A stretch of 64,000 bases of DNA. Origin: a virus. Shown here one piece after another: positions 1 through 8,955 of this stretch. Where the stretch lies: positions 1 through 64,000 of the IMG/VR virus record IMGVR_UViG_3300017963_007659; one strand, 5' to 3'. A program made the translations under genes and the position numbers. Position 1 is the stretch's first letter; each line of letters opens with the position of its first letter. A model generated the notes under the pieces. That model was not told the DNA's origin and did no database searches. It saw only the letters and a program-made list of their open reading frames with translations.

Positions 1-843
1 TCACGCCGCAGATGAAAGACTATCGAATTCGGCCAGTTCCGAGGTCCAGCCGTGGTGCTCGATGGCTTCGCGCATGGTCTGCTTGTCGCGCTCGATGTCC
101 GCGATGATCTTGTTGAGGCGACCGACGAGCTTGGTCATCTCATCCTTGTAGCTCGTCACCCGGATGCTGTCGTAGCGCTCGCCAACTCCCTCGAAGCCTT
201 CAAGAATCTCGACCATGAGGGTGACATTTCCGTAGCGACCCGCTTCCTCATTGGTCACTGTGGAGAGGTCACTGGTGAACGACTTACGCGCCCTGTCTTT
301 GTCCCACTCTCGCACGGAGACCTCGACCTGAAGCGCTGGGTTGGTCGCGTAGACAGCCAACTGAGCTTGGACGCCATCCTTGAAGTTCTCCATGTCTCTG
401 AGCGCCTCAAAGGACCCTTCAGGGCTCTCCTGGAGCGGGAGATAGCGGGTGCCCTTGCAAGGCCCTGTGTGCCAGGAGCCTCCGTACTGACCGCGCCTAC
501 GGTCACCATGGACGTTCCATCCGTGACGGCGCATCTTGCCCGTCTTGTCCATGATGCGGTGCGGCTTGAGGCAGTAGGGACAGGTCTTCTTGAGGGCAGC
601 TTCCAGAGCCTTGACCTCAGCGATGACGACCTTGATTTCTTTCTTGATTTCGTCTTGGCGATCGAAGCCAGCGGACAGCAGCTTCTGCATCTCAGCGGCT
701 TCTTGGTCGGAGACCTTCTCACCGATGTAGAAGCCTCGGTTGATCTTGACCTGCGTGTTCCACTTGCGGATGTTGTACTTCAACTCCTTGGCTTCCGCCT
801 TGAGTTCGGAGTGCTTGGCTTTCTTTTCTTGAAGAGTTGTCAT
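1..843 (-). CDS. hypothetical early protein (CPYC/His-Cys cluster, coiled-coil N-terminus)
   Basis: ORF track 1..879; start moved to ATG 843 (MTTLQEKK) behind GGAGG and a sigma70 promoter at 864-892; TGA stop at 1-3. Confidence 0.7.
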   Translation of the reverse strand: MTTLQEKKAKHSELKAEAKELKYNIRKWNTQVKINRGFYIGEKVSDQEAAEMQKLLSAGFDRQDEIKKEIKVVIAEVKALEAALKKTCPYCLKPHRIMDKTGKMRRHGWNVHGDRRRGQYGGSWHTGPCKGTRYLPLQESPEGSFEALRDMENFKDGVQAQLAVYATNPALQVEVSVREWDKDRARKSFTSDLSTVTNEEAGRYGNVTLMVEILEGFEGVGERYDSIRVTSYKDEMTKLVGRLNKIIADIERDKQTMREAIEHHGWTSELAEFDSLSSAA

Positions 844-863
844 GCTGTCCTCCATCCACAAGA

Positions 864-892
864 ACACTACCAGAATCACCCAACCACGTCAA
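864..892 (-). promoter_or_regulatory. sigma70-type promoter TTGACG-N17-TAGTGT
   Basis: Read on the reverse strand; 17-bp spacer; same layout as promoters at 1743 and 2061. Confidence 0.75.
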
Positions 893-1308
893 CCACTTTC
901 TTCATCTGGATAATCAGGAAGCTCTTTCCAGCAGGGAACGTCCAGCTCCTCTGGGAAGCCTCCAAGCTTGTTAGGAAGACTCATCAGGAAGGAAGACCCC
1001 GCTTCGGTACCAGCGACCATGTAGCCCACCCCACCAGCCTTCAAGAATGCCTTCACCATCGCTGTACCAATGCCCTGGTCCTGCCACTCCTCGTCCACAC
1101 CAATAGCCAGCTCGTCTCCCCCGCTCTCTGTGACACCACCGATGACTGCGCCATGTTCGTTGCGCGCGACCACCACGACGGTCTCTGAGAAGTGCTGGAC
1201 TATGTTCCCTTCCTCATAGATGTCACTCAGTCCATCCAAGTCATCGTCTTCGAGGTCCAGCCCATAGATCTGCACGGTGATTGTGTAGTCATCCGACATG
1301 GTTAGCAC
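889..1308 (-). CDS. GNAT-family acetyltransferase-like protein
   Basis: Acetyl-CoA motif A: LAIGVDEEWQDQGIGTAMV (Q/RxxGxG) preceded by beta strands VVVVAR..GAVIGG. Confidence 0.6.
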   Translation of the reverse strand: MLTMSDDYTITVQIYGLDLEDDDLDGLSDIYEEGNIVQHFSETVVVVARNEHGAVIGGVTESGGDELAIGVDEEWQDQGIGTAMVKAFLKAGGVGYMVAGTEAGSSFLMSLPNKLGGFPEELDVPCWKELPDYPDEESG

Positions 1309-1718
1309 ATCTCCTTCAGGGGAGCTACTCTTTCCTCACCCCAGCGAGAGGACAGGTGGGCGATGACGGTCTCAGCGGTCATCCCGGTCTGAGAGATGAC
1401 TTTCTCGAAGCCGAGGCGTAGTCTACGCTCGGAGCGCTCACCATTCATCAGCACGTTGAGCTTCAAGAAACGGTAGTGCATGGCGTTCATGATGGTGGAC
1501 CATTCGGCGCGCTCGCGCTCTTTGTCCGCCTCGTACTGCACCTCACGCGCCTTGCGGTTGATGTAGGAACTGTCGCGCCCCATCAGTCTTGAAGCACACT
1601 CGGTCCCGACGTAGGTCTCACCCTCGCCGTCAGTCAGAACCACAGTCCTCTTCAGGTTGGTCTTCCCGCAGCGCTCGCAGGTTTCAACTTCGTCTGAGAT
1701 TCCGAGTATTTGCCACAT
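1302..1718 (-). CDS. small Zn-finger-like phage protein
   Basis: CERCGKTNLKRTV...VGTEC; start at MWQ (1718) behind GGAGG. Confidence 0.6.
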   Translation of the reverse strand: MWQILGISDEVETCERCGKTNLKRTVVLTDGEGETYVGTECASRLMGRDSSYINRKAREVQYEADKERERAEWSTIMNAMHYRFLKLNVLMNGERSERRLRLGFEKVISQTGMTAETVIAHLSSRWGEERVAPLKEMC

Positions 1719-1742
1719 GCTGACCTCCAACCTGATAGAACA

Positions 1743-1771
1743 ACACTACAGGAATCCTCACCGATTGTCAA
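1743..1771 (-). promoter_or_regulatory. sigma70-type promoter TTGACA-N17-TAGTGT
   Basis: Consensus -35, 17-bp spacer, upstream of gene 1302-1718. Confidence 0.85.
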
Positions 1772-1779
1772 CCGAAATC

Positions 1780-2040
1780 TTACGCCAAACCAGCAGCTTC
1801 AAGAATCTCCTGAGAGGGCACCCTGTGGTAGAAGCGACCGCCATAGGCGACGACTTTCCGCACGGTCGTCCCGGTCCCATTGCCTCCACCAGAAGGAGGA
1901 CAGTCTGTGATGAGGACAACGCCACCGTTTCGACAGTGGGCTCTCTCGTCAGAGGTAAGACCATAGACATTCTTGTAGGGCATGGAGCCCCAACCGTTGC
2001 TGTAGCCTGTGTCCGATACGAGGATGCTCTCTTCACTCAT
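1780..2040 (-). CDS. hypothetical early protein
   Basis: Start MSEESILV at 2040 behind GGAGG, with its own promoter. Confidence 0.65.
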   Translation of the reverse strand: MSEESILVSDTGYSNGWGSMPYKNVYGLTSDERAHCRNGGVVLITDCPPSGGGNGTGTTVRKVVAYGGRFYHRVPSQEILEAAGLA

Positions 2041-2060
2041 GATTGCCTCCAACACCGACA

Positions 2061-2089
2061 ACACTACAGGAATCCTCACCCCAAGTCAA
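2061..2089 (-). promoter_or_regulatory. sigma70-type promoter TTGACT-N17-TAGTGT
   Basis: Shares GGTGAGGATTCCTGTAGTGTTG with the 1743 promoter. Confidence 0.8.
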
Positions 2090-2108
2090 CAGAAATATTC
2101 CTAGTCAA

Positions 2109-2116
2109 GGTTATCT
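2109..2116 (+). promoter_or_regulatory. candidate late promoter element GGTTATCT (head of kinase cluster 1)
   Basis: Same motif recurs 10-80 bp upstream of about 15 + strand gene starts. Confidence 0.5.
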
Positions 2117-2136
2117 AAGGGGGAGGAGATCCTTAC

Positions 2137-3285
2137 ATGGCGAATCCCGTTGTAACTCTTACCAAAGATGCTCCGAAGAGTACCGTAGCTCCGAAGAGCG
2201 CACCCTCCAATGCTCCTATCCCGAAGAAGGTGATAGACGATCCCGCGATCCGTGAGAGAGTCAACGCTCCCAAAGGGAAACTCCGATTCCTCGGTCACGG
2301 TATGTACGCCAACGTGTACGACCTCGGAGATGGGCGAGTCCTGAAGCTCACGAGAGACAAGAAAGATGCGTTCGCATTCGCCAACGTCCTCCATCGACCC
2401 TCTCCCGCGTTCGCTGTGACTCTGGATGTCTTCCAGCTTCCTGGAAAACCCAGAATATATGGAATCGTATCAGAGAAGCTCAAGCCTTTGGGAGCCAAGG
2501 AAGAAGCTGAGTGGAATGTATTCTCAGCTCTCTTCTTCTATAGGATGATCTATCCTCTGACCTATCAGGCCAATGGGATCAACTCCACATGGGCCAAGTG
2601 GGTCAAGAAGGTCCTCGACATGTGGACCAATCACGTGGTTCAGGTTGGTTGGGAGCAGCAAGACTTCCGGATGTGGCCTTTCGATGAAGGGCTCTGGATG
2701 GAACGCTTCAATCCTGGTGTCATCGACGCTATCAACACAGCCAACCTCATCGATGATTCCAAAGCGAAGTTCTTGGTTCAGGTAGCCAAGGCTTTGGAGC
2801 ACGCTCGCATCAAGTGGTGGGACCTCCACGACCAGAACATCATGCGAAGAGGTGGCGGAAAACGCATCGTCGTCGCAGATCTTGGTCTCAGCATCTCCCC
2901 GAAGGTCAAGATTCCTGTCTTGGGTAAGAGCACAGGACCGCGTGTGTTCGACGTGGCTGCGGCTGCTGAGAAGCTGGAGGGGGAAGACCAGGTGGTCGTA
3001 GCGGGAGACGAGACTCTTGAAGAGCTGGCTGAGAAGGTCCAACTCTACGCCTCGAAGCTCAAGCCGGTCACCCCGAAGCCCATCACTCCGAAACCCATGG
3101 TCAATACGCTGACGGCAAACATGCAGCAAGCTATCCGAGACCATGAGGACCGCACCATCTTCCAGTTCATCGATGATGCGGCGAAGGAAGCTGCCTTCCA
3201 ACGCAAGGTAGTCCAGGGCACTGAGAAGAAGCCTACGAAGGAAGCCATATTCACTTCAGAGACCTTGGTTGTCGTAGAAGACTGA
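2137..3285 (+). CDS. minimal protein-kinase-fold protein K1 with C-terminal extension
   Basis: LGHGMYANVY / VLKLT / WWDLHDQNIM / VADLG motifs. Confidence 0.85.
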   Translation: MANPVVTLTKDAPKSTVAPKSAPSNAPIPKKVIDDPAIRERVNAPKGKLRFLGHGMYANVYDLGDGRVLKLTRDKKDAFAFANVLHRPSPAFAVTLDVFQLPGKPRIYGIVSEKLKPLGAKEEAEWNVFSALFFYRMIYPLTYQANGINSTWAKWVKKVLDMWTNHVVQVGWEQQDFRMWPFDEGLWMERFNPGVIDAINTANLIDDSKAKFLVQVAKALEHARIKWWDLHDQNIMRRGGGKRIVVADLGLSISPKVKIPVLGKSTGPRVFDVAAAAEKLEGEDQVVVAGDETLEELAEKVQLYASKLKPVTPKPITPKPMVNTLTANMQQAIRDHEDRTIFQFIDDAAKEAAFQRKVVQGTEKKPTKEAIFTSETLVVVED

Positions 3286-3310
3286 ACCTCTCATTCTTGA
3301 AGGAGCCGCG

Positions 3311-3958
3311 ATGGCTCGAACTCTCGAACAGGCTATTGAACTGAGGGCCAAGCAAGGTGGGGGTGGGTTCACCCCCTCACAGCTCCGCACTATAGTTGAC
3401 GCTACGCTAAAAGAGGTGGATGCGACAGACGAGTCCCAACTCAAGTTCTTGGGCCAAGGATTCTTCGGGGACGTCTTCTGGTTGGGCGATAAGCGTAAAG
3501 TGCTGAAGCTCACCAACGACTACACCGACGCCTATGCCTCCGAGATTGTTCGCAGGAAGCCAGACAAGAACCTCGTCAAGGTCTATCAGGTGTTCGCTCT
3601 CGCGGACAGCTACCCAGCCGTCATCGGTATCGTCAACGAAAAGCTCTCCCCTCTTGCAAGTCACGAGCGAGCGAAGTTGGACTATCTCCGGAAGCTGTGG
3701 AACAAAGCCATAGGACAGCGTACCTTCCTCACCCGACAGAACCTCGACAAGTTCGTCGACTCCCCTCAGATAGAAGAGGTCGACGATGCGGACTACGGTC
3801 TCCTCTCGACGCTGGTGAGAGTGTTCACCGACCGGCATATCAAATGGCGAGACTTGAGCGGGGACAACATCATGGCGCGGGGACGGGAGAAGGTGGTTTC
3901 CGACCTCGGTTTCTCTGAATCCTTGAAGCAACCGATCCCGGTGCTGGTGAGGTTGTGA
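3311..3958 (+). CDS. minimal protein-kinase-fold protein K2
   Basis: LGQGFFGDVFW / VLKLT / WRDLSGDNIM / VSDLG. Confidence 0.85.
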   Translation: MARTLEQAIELRAKQGGGGFTPSQLRTIVDATLKEVDATDESQLKFLGQGFFGDVFWLGDKRKVLKLTNDYTDAYASEIVRRKPDKNLVKVYQVFALADSYPAVIGIVNEKLSPLASHERAKLDYLRKLWNKAIGQRTFLTRQNLDKFVDSPQIEEVDDADYGLLSTLVRVFTDRHIKWRDLSGDNIMARGREKVVSDLGFSESLKQPIPVLVRL

Positions 3959-4638
3959 TGACGAGCATAGCCGCAGAAAAGCTCCTCCTTCCATACTATG
4001 GGGAAGACTCCCCGAAGGTAGTCCAAACAATTGTTGACCATCTCGGAGAGAAGGACGGCAACTGGAAGTGGTTGGGAGAAGGCTCCTTCGCGAACGTCTA
4101 CTGGCTCCACGACAAAAAGAAGGCGCTGAAAATCACTCGTGACCGCAACGACGCCGATGCTTCTGAAATCATGCGGAATAAACCAGACCGCTCCGTTGTG
4201 AAAGTATACGATGTCTTCGCTCTGCCAAAGCAATACACAGACCTCTGGGGAATCGTCGTCGAGAAGCTCTCTCCGCTCAGCTACAAGGAAGGGGAAGCGA
4301 TAGCTAATCTCTACAATCTCTTATGGGACCTTGGCATAGACCAGACCCCAACCATGAAGCATGTCAAGGAGTTCAAAGAGAGGCTGGAGAACCCAGATCC
4401 CAAGAAGCACCCTATAGACAAATACATACAAGAGTACTACGACAAGAGTGGCGTCACCGAAGAGATGATCGACCGCTGGGAGACATGGGCCAAGGTCCTG
4501 GACTCCAGACACATCTACTGGAAAGACTTCAAACCAGCTAATGTCATGTCGCGCGGTCGAAATATGGTCATCTCAGATTTGGGCTACAGCAAAGTACCAC
4601 ACCAGAAGATCCCCGAGCTTCAAGTATCGGAGACGTAA
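3958..4638 (+). CDS. minimal protein-kinase-fold protein K3
   Basis: LGEGSFANVYW / ALKIT / WKDFKPANVM / ISDLG; TGATG coupling to K2. Confidence 0.85.
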   Translation: MTSIAAEKLLLPYYGEDSPKVVQTIVDHLGEKDGNWKWLGEGSFANVYWLHDKKKALKITRDRNDADASEIMRNKPDRSVVKVYDVFALPKQYTDLWGIVVEKLSPLSYKEGEAIANLYNLLWDLGIDQTPTMKHVKEFKERLENPDPKKHPIDKYIQEYYDKSGVTEEMIDRWETWAKVLDSRHIYWKDFKPANVMSRGRNMVISDLGYSKVPHQKIPELQVSET

Positions 4639-5303
4639 TGTCCATCCCTATCCTCAAAGCTCTCAGTAACAATACAGGTGAAGCAGAGTTAGCCCTGGAA
4701 GCAATAGGGCAGCGCTTGGATATAGACCCTAGAGATTACAAACGCTTCCAATGGATTGGGCACGGAGCGTATGCCGAAGTCTACTGGATTCCGGATCGAA
4801 AGCGTGTACTCAAGATCACACGTGACAATGAGGATGCTAACGTCTCTCGGTTAGTACAGAAGAAACCAGACAAAGCCTTCGTCAAAGTATATGATGTATT
4901 CGAGGTCTTCTCTTATCGTTGGGGTATCGTAGCAGAGAAGCTCACACCGATGAGCAATAGCTTGGAAATGAGCTTTGGCAGGTGTCTAGCCCTGTGTACG
5001 TTTTTGGATATAGAAGTGGTTCCTATCTCCGACATCCTAGAATTCTTCCATGATCCTAAAGTCTTGGACCAACCGGAAGTCATTGACGAGATGAAAGCTG
5101 TGAGGGTATCGCGAGAGGAAGTTGAGAGCTTCTTGAAGACACTCAGAAAATGGGAGCGGGCCTTAGACGCGCGGAATATCTTCTGGAAAGATGTCAAACC
5201 ATCCAATGTCATGATGCGAGGACGGGAACTGGTCATTTCTGACCTCGGCTACAGTGAAGCCCCACACCAGAAGATCCCCGAGCTTCAAGTATCAGGTGTA
5301 TGA
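4638..5303 (+). CDS. minimal protein-kinase-fold protein K4
   Basis: IGHGAYAEVYW / VLKIT / WKDVKPSNVM / ISDLG; TAATG coupling. Confidence 0.85.
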   Translation: MSIPILKALSNNTGEAELALEAIGQRLDIDPRDYKRFQWIGHGAYAEVYWIPDRKRVLKITRDNEDANVSRLVQKKPDKAFVKVYDVFEVFSYRWGIVAEKLTPMSNSLEMSFGRCLALCTFLDIEVVPISDILEFFHDPKVLDQPEVIDEMKAVRVSREEVESFLKTLRKWERALDARNIFWKDVKPSNVMMRGRELVISDLGYSEAPHQKIPELQVSGV

Positions 5304-5968
5304 TGCAGTGGACTTTTCCAAGAGCCTTGAATATGAAGCTCTCTGACGGGGAAGACTCCTCCGAGCTGTCCGAAGACAATCCTATTCTTGAAGCCATCCT
5401 ACAGAGACTAGGAGAGCGACAATCAAACAACTTGAAATTTCTTGGGGTTGGAGGGAATGCCTTTGCTTACTGGATGAGCGACAAACGGAAAGTCTTCAAG
5501 ATTACAGGAGACAAAACAGATGCGTATACTTCTCTGGTAGTCAGCCATAACCCATCGAAATACATAATAAAAGTACACGACGTTTTTGCTATAGATGAAA
5601 AAAAGTACATTTGGGGTATAGTAACAGAAAAGTTGACTCCGCTCACGGCAGAAGCGAAGAAGAGTCTCAAGAGGATCATCAGCATCTGTGAAGCGCAGTC
5701 TCTGACAAGGACAAACCGCCTCCTTGAAGCCCGCATAAAGTATCAAGAGAACCTTTTGTTGTCTGGAGAAAAGGCGCAAGTGACGCAAGAAGATTTGGAC
5801 CTTTTGCAACATTATATCAATGACTTAGATGCCCGTGGTATCCGATGGGGTGCCGACTTTTATCCAGATAACGTTCTCATGCGCCGACAGACCCCTGTCA
5901 TCTCTGATTTAGGAGTCAGCAGCTCCCCACGGATGTCGATGCCTAAGCTTCAAGTATCGGAGACGTAA
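5300..5968 (+). CDS. minimal protein-kinase-fold protein K5
   Basis: LGVGGNAFAYW / VFKIT / WGADFYPDNVL / ISDLG. Confidence 0.8.
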   Translation: MMQWTFPRALNMKLSDGEDSSELSEDNPILEAILQRLGERQSNNLKFLGVGGNAFAYWMSDKRKVFKITGDKTDAYTSLVVSHNPSKYIIKVHDVFAIDEKKYIWGIVTEKLTPLTAEAKKSLKRIISICEAQSLTRTNRLLEARIKYQENLLLSGEKAQVTQEDLDLLQHYINDLDARGIRWGADFYPDNVLMRRQTPVISDLGVSSSPRMSMPKLQVSET

Positions 5969-6660
5969 TGTCTGCCTTTGAATACATTATTAGGCGCAAG
6001 CTAGACGATGTAAACCTCTTACAGAAGGTGGACTTGGACGCGATTCTTGAAGATATCAAGATGCGGCTGGGGGAGAAAGACCTCGCGAGAATTGGGAATT
6101 TAGGCTCTGGAAGCTGGGCTTCCGTTTTCTGGCTATCCAATAGACGCAAAGTCGTCAAGGTCACGCATGACCCACAGGATGCTCAGGCGTCAGCGGTCGT
6201 CCTCAAACGCCCAAGCAAGTACCTCGTCAAAACTTATGATGTCTTCGCTCTCACTCCTGACAAATATACCGTCTACTGCATCGTCAACGAGAAGTTGACT
6301 CCTCTGGGACGCAGAGAAGAGCTACTCATCCCTGTCTTATTGCGTCTCTTGAAACAGAGCGGGCAGAATCACAGCATCACTATGGAAACCTATGATGCGA
6401 TTATAAAGCTGTTGGAGAAATTTCGCGGACGCGACTGGAAGTCCTGGCTGAATTCCTATCTGGCGGCACAACACCTGAACATGGACGCGGACAGTTTCAT
6501 GGACTTCTACAAGAATATGGCGGAAGCCCTCGACTCCCGTGGTATCCGTTGGTGGGATATCAAGAAAGCCAACTTCATGATGCGGGGACATCAGATCGTC
6601 ATCTCCGACCTCGGAGCTGGTACGGTAACAGGAGCCCCGAAGATCCCCTCCCTCACCTGA
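5968..6660 (+). CDS. minimal protein-kinase-fold protein K6
   Basis: LGSGSWASVFW / VVKVT / WWDIKKANFM / ISDLG. Confidence 0.85.
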   Translation: MSAFEYIIRRKLDDVNLLQKVDLDAILEDIKMRLGEKDLARIGNLGSGSWASVFWLSNRRKVVKVTHDPQDAQASAVVLKRPSKYLVKTYDVFALTPDKYTVYCIVNEKLTPLGRREELLIPVLLRLLKQSGQNHSITMETYDAIIKLLEKFRGRDWKSWLNSYLAAQHLNMDADSFMDFYKNMAEALDSRGIRWWDIKKANFMMRGHQIVISDLGAGTVTGAPKIPSLT

Positions 6661-6681
6661 AAACACAAGTTACCTGTCTCC

Positions 6682-7074
6682 ATGACAACGTTACCTCTGA
6701 GCCTCTCTGCCTATCTCCAGCGGAAAGAGACGCCAGACCTACCAGAATCTCTCGCACCTCTCCACGAAGCCCTCTACTCTATCAAAGCCCTCACCATCTC
6801 CGGTGTGTACTTCCTCCTACGAGACGAAGAAGTCGTCTACGTCGGACAGAGTTCCAACGTCGCACAGCGCATCGCGGCTGGCCACCCGGAGAAGGAGTTC
6901 GATGACGCAGTGTGTCTATTGGTACCACAGGAACAGCTTCTTGAAGTGGAGGCAGCTTTCATCTCAGCTCTGAACCCTCTCTATAATAGGACAGCGCTCC
7001 CCAAGGGCAGCTACAAGAATGCCCAAACCCTCCGTATCCTAGACCAATACGGTTGGGACATCGAAGACTTTTGA
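6682..7074 (+). CDS. small GIY-YIG nuclease-domain protein
   Basis: SGVYFLLRDEEVVYVGQSSNVAQRI...E...I...NPLYN. Confidence 0.7.
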   Translation: MTTLPLSLSAYLQRKETPDLPESLAPLHEALYSIKALTISGVYFLLRDEEVVYVGQSSNVAQRIAAGHPEKEFDDAVCLLVPQEQLLEVEAAFISALNPLYNRTALPKGSYKNAQTLRILDQYGWDIEDF

Positions 7075-7114
7075 TAAGTTATCTAGTAGAGAATTCTTGT
7101 ATTTGGAGTTGAGC

Positions 7115-8077
7115 ATGAACACGTCAGACGTCGCGAAGGTAGCTCTCAAGCTTCTTGAAGCTGGAATGAAGGATGAGGCACAGCAGATTCTTGAAGGGGC
7201 TACGAAGGTGGCTTTCGGATGGAAGAAGCTCCCCAAACATTTCCCTCAGTCCGGATTGGAGTGGCAGGAGTTTCTTATCACTCTCAACGATATCCTCGTG
7301 AAAAACAAGCACCAACGAGGACGCATTCCGTATATCAAGAACAGTGTCTACAAGAAAGATGTCATCGACCCCATATTCGAGAACATCATTGCCTACAAGA
7401 AGAAGCAGCCCTGGTTCCGCTTGCAGAAGCACTCCTCTGCGCAACTCATAAAGGACCTTCAAAGGTCTCCGCACTGGAGACTGTTCGAGAAATCAGGGAA
7501 GAGGGTTCTCTTTACCACAAAAAAGGAAGCCAAGGATCGTATCTCCAAGAGGGATGACCTGGTGTTCGTAGCAGACGTGCGCCCCACCAAGGACATTGTT
7601 GCTCTGTATCTTGCGCACCTAGAGGTGCTAGGCACCCCTCTGTTCCCTCTTCTGAACCAATTTGATAGAATACCAACGAAGACTGAAGGGTATCCAGAGG
7701 GAACTGCCTTCCATTGGGTATTCGATGACACCGTAATGGGGAATGACCCAACTCTTGAAAGGGGGCATGACGCTGCGGGCATTGCTGTTTGGATCGTTCA
7801 GAAAGACCCTTCAAGTAGGCAGCAGTACAAAGAGACGGTACAAGAAATGCTGTCACGTGTGCTCGACCACGCACAAGGACAGGCACGTACAGCCTATGAA
7901 CACAGCGACACCCAAGTTCCTTACAAGGAGTGGTTGAAAACCTTCTATTATGATGTCTTCTTTGACCACGAGAGCTACTCGAAGCTTCACCCTTATGACA
8001 AAAAGCTCTTGAAGTCATTTTTCGAGCCTCAAACAAAATATGGTTTCTATATGGGACTAACAATCTCATCCTTGTAG
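7115..8077 (+). CDS. leader-family protein (KLLEAGMKDEA leader), unknown function
   Basis: Start MNTSDVAK at 7115 behind GGAG; leader shared with 8086, 8956, 10180. Confidence 0.7.
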   Translation: MNTSDVAKVALKLLEAGMKDEAQQILEGATKVAFGWKKLPKHFPQSGLEWQEFLITLNDILVKNKHQRGRIPYIKNSVYKKDVIDPIFENIIAYKKKQPWFRLQKHSSAQLIKDLQRSPHWRLFEKSGKRVLFTTKKEAKDRISKRDDLVFVADVRPTKDIVALYLAHLEVLGTPLFPLLNQFDRIPTKTEGYPEGTAFHWVFDDTVMGNDPTLERGHDAAGIAVWIVQKDPSSRQQYKETVQEMLSRVLDHAQGQARTAYEHSDTQVPYKEWLKTFYYDVFFDHESYSKLHPYDKKLLKSFFEPQTKYGFYMGLTISSL

Positions 8078-8085
8078 AGGACACC

Positions 8086-8952
8086 ATGAGACACGCCAGA
8101 GTAGCCAAGACGGTTCTCAAGCTTCTTGAAGCGGGCTACAAGAATGAAGCTCAACAGCTTCTTCTCTCCTCGATTAGGGCTGCGAGCCAAGGCACACAGA
8201 TGTTGAAGGGCCTCCTCTCCTACCTGTCCATGTCAGAACTTGATCGTCACATTGAACTGATATACGGGTCAGAATTCTTTGTGAGAGAGTATTCGTCAGT
8301 CATCCAACAGACTCTTGCAGACCCTAAAGTTTCTCCGAAAGCCAAGCAGGAGCTGTCCTCCCTTTCTGATGACACATATCTGACGGAGCTGTCCCAACAG
8401 ACGATCGAAACGGTAGCGAAGCACATTACTGAGAAGGAACTACAACAAATCCTATCCGCTATTGAGAGATATGAACCCGGTGAAACCCCCCTCTGGGCCG
8501 CCGCCAGTCTCAATTCTAACCGTATTCAAAAAGGATGGCTTCTTCATCGAACAAATAATGCCGACCAGATAGAATCAAACGGATTCCTGTATGGGATTGA
8601 GGACATGCGTCTTCTAGCGCTCACAACTCATATAGGAGACGCCTACAAGAAACAGGGGGGCTACAACTTCGCCTTCACACCCAAGGACTTCAAGCACTAC
8701 GGTAGGCGAGGGCATTATGGGGATGAACTAATTCTGTTCTACGCTCCCTATGTCTACATGCACCATTATGCCGATGACGAGCCTCAAGCCGTCTTCTGGG
8801 GGAAAGATGCTGAACACATCCAGCAGGTCTATGAGGATGATGGGTATTACACTATTCTTGTAGAAGACAAAGATGGGGAAGAAGACGAAGTTGAAGTCTC
8901 TGATATAGCGGACCTCATCGATGTGGTAAGAAAATCAACAGGGAAGCGTTAA
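8086..8952 (+). CDS. leader-family protein with ADP-ribosyltransferase-like C-terminal domain
   Basis: KLLEAGYKNEA leader; WLLHRTNNADQIESNGF...GGYNFAF resembles the H-T..I..G signature of the ART fold. Confidence 0.5.
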   Translation: MRHARVAKTVLKLLEAGYKNEAQQLLLSSIRAASQGTQMLKGLLSYLSMSELDRHIELIYGSEFFVREYSSVIQQTLADPKVSPKAKQELSSLSDDTYLTELSQQTIETVAKHITEKELQQILSAIERYEPGETPLWAAASLNSNRIQKGWLLHRTNNADQIESNGFLYGIEDMRLLALTTHIGDAYKKQGGYNFAFTPKDFKHYGRRGHYGDELILFYAPYVYMHHYADDEPQAVFWGKDAEHIQQVYEDDGYYTILVEDKDGEEDEVEVSDIADLIDVVRKSTGKR

Positions 8953-8955
8953 GTT

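Noticed and set aside
52-1188. 378-aa + strand ORF
   Set aside because: Antisense shadow of minus-strand genes that have their own RBS, promoters and motifs
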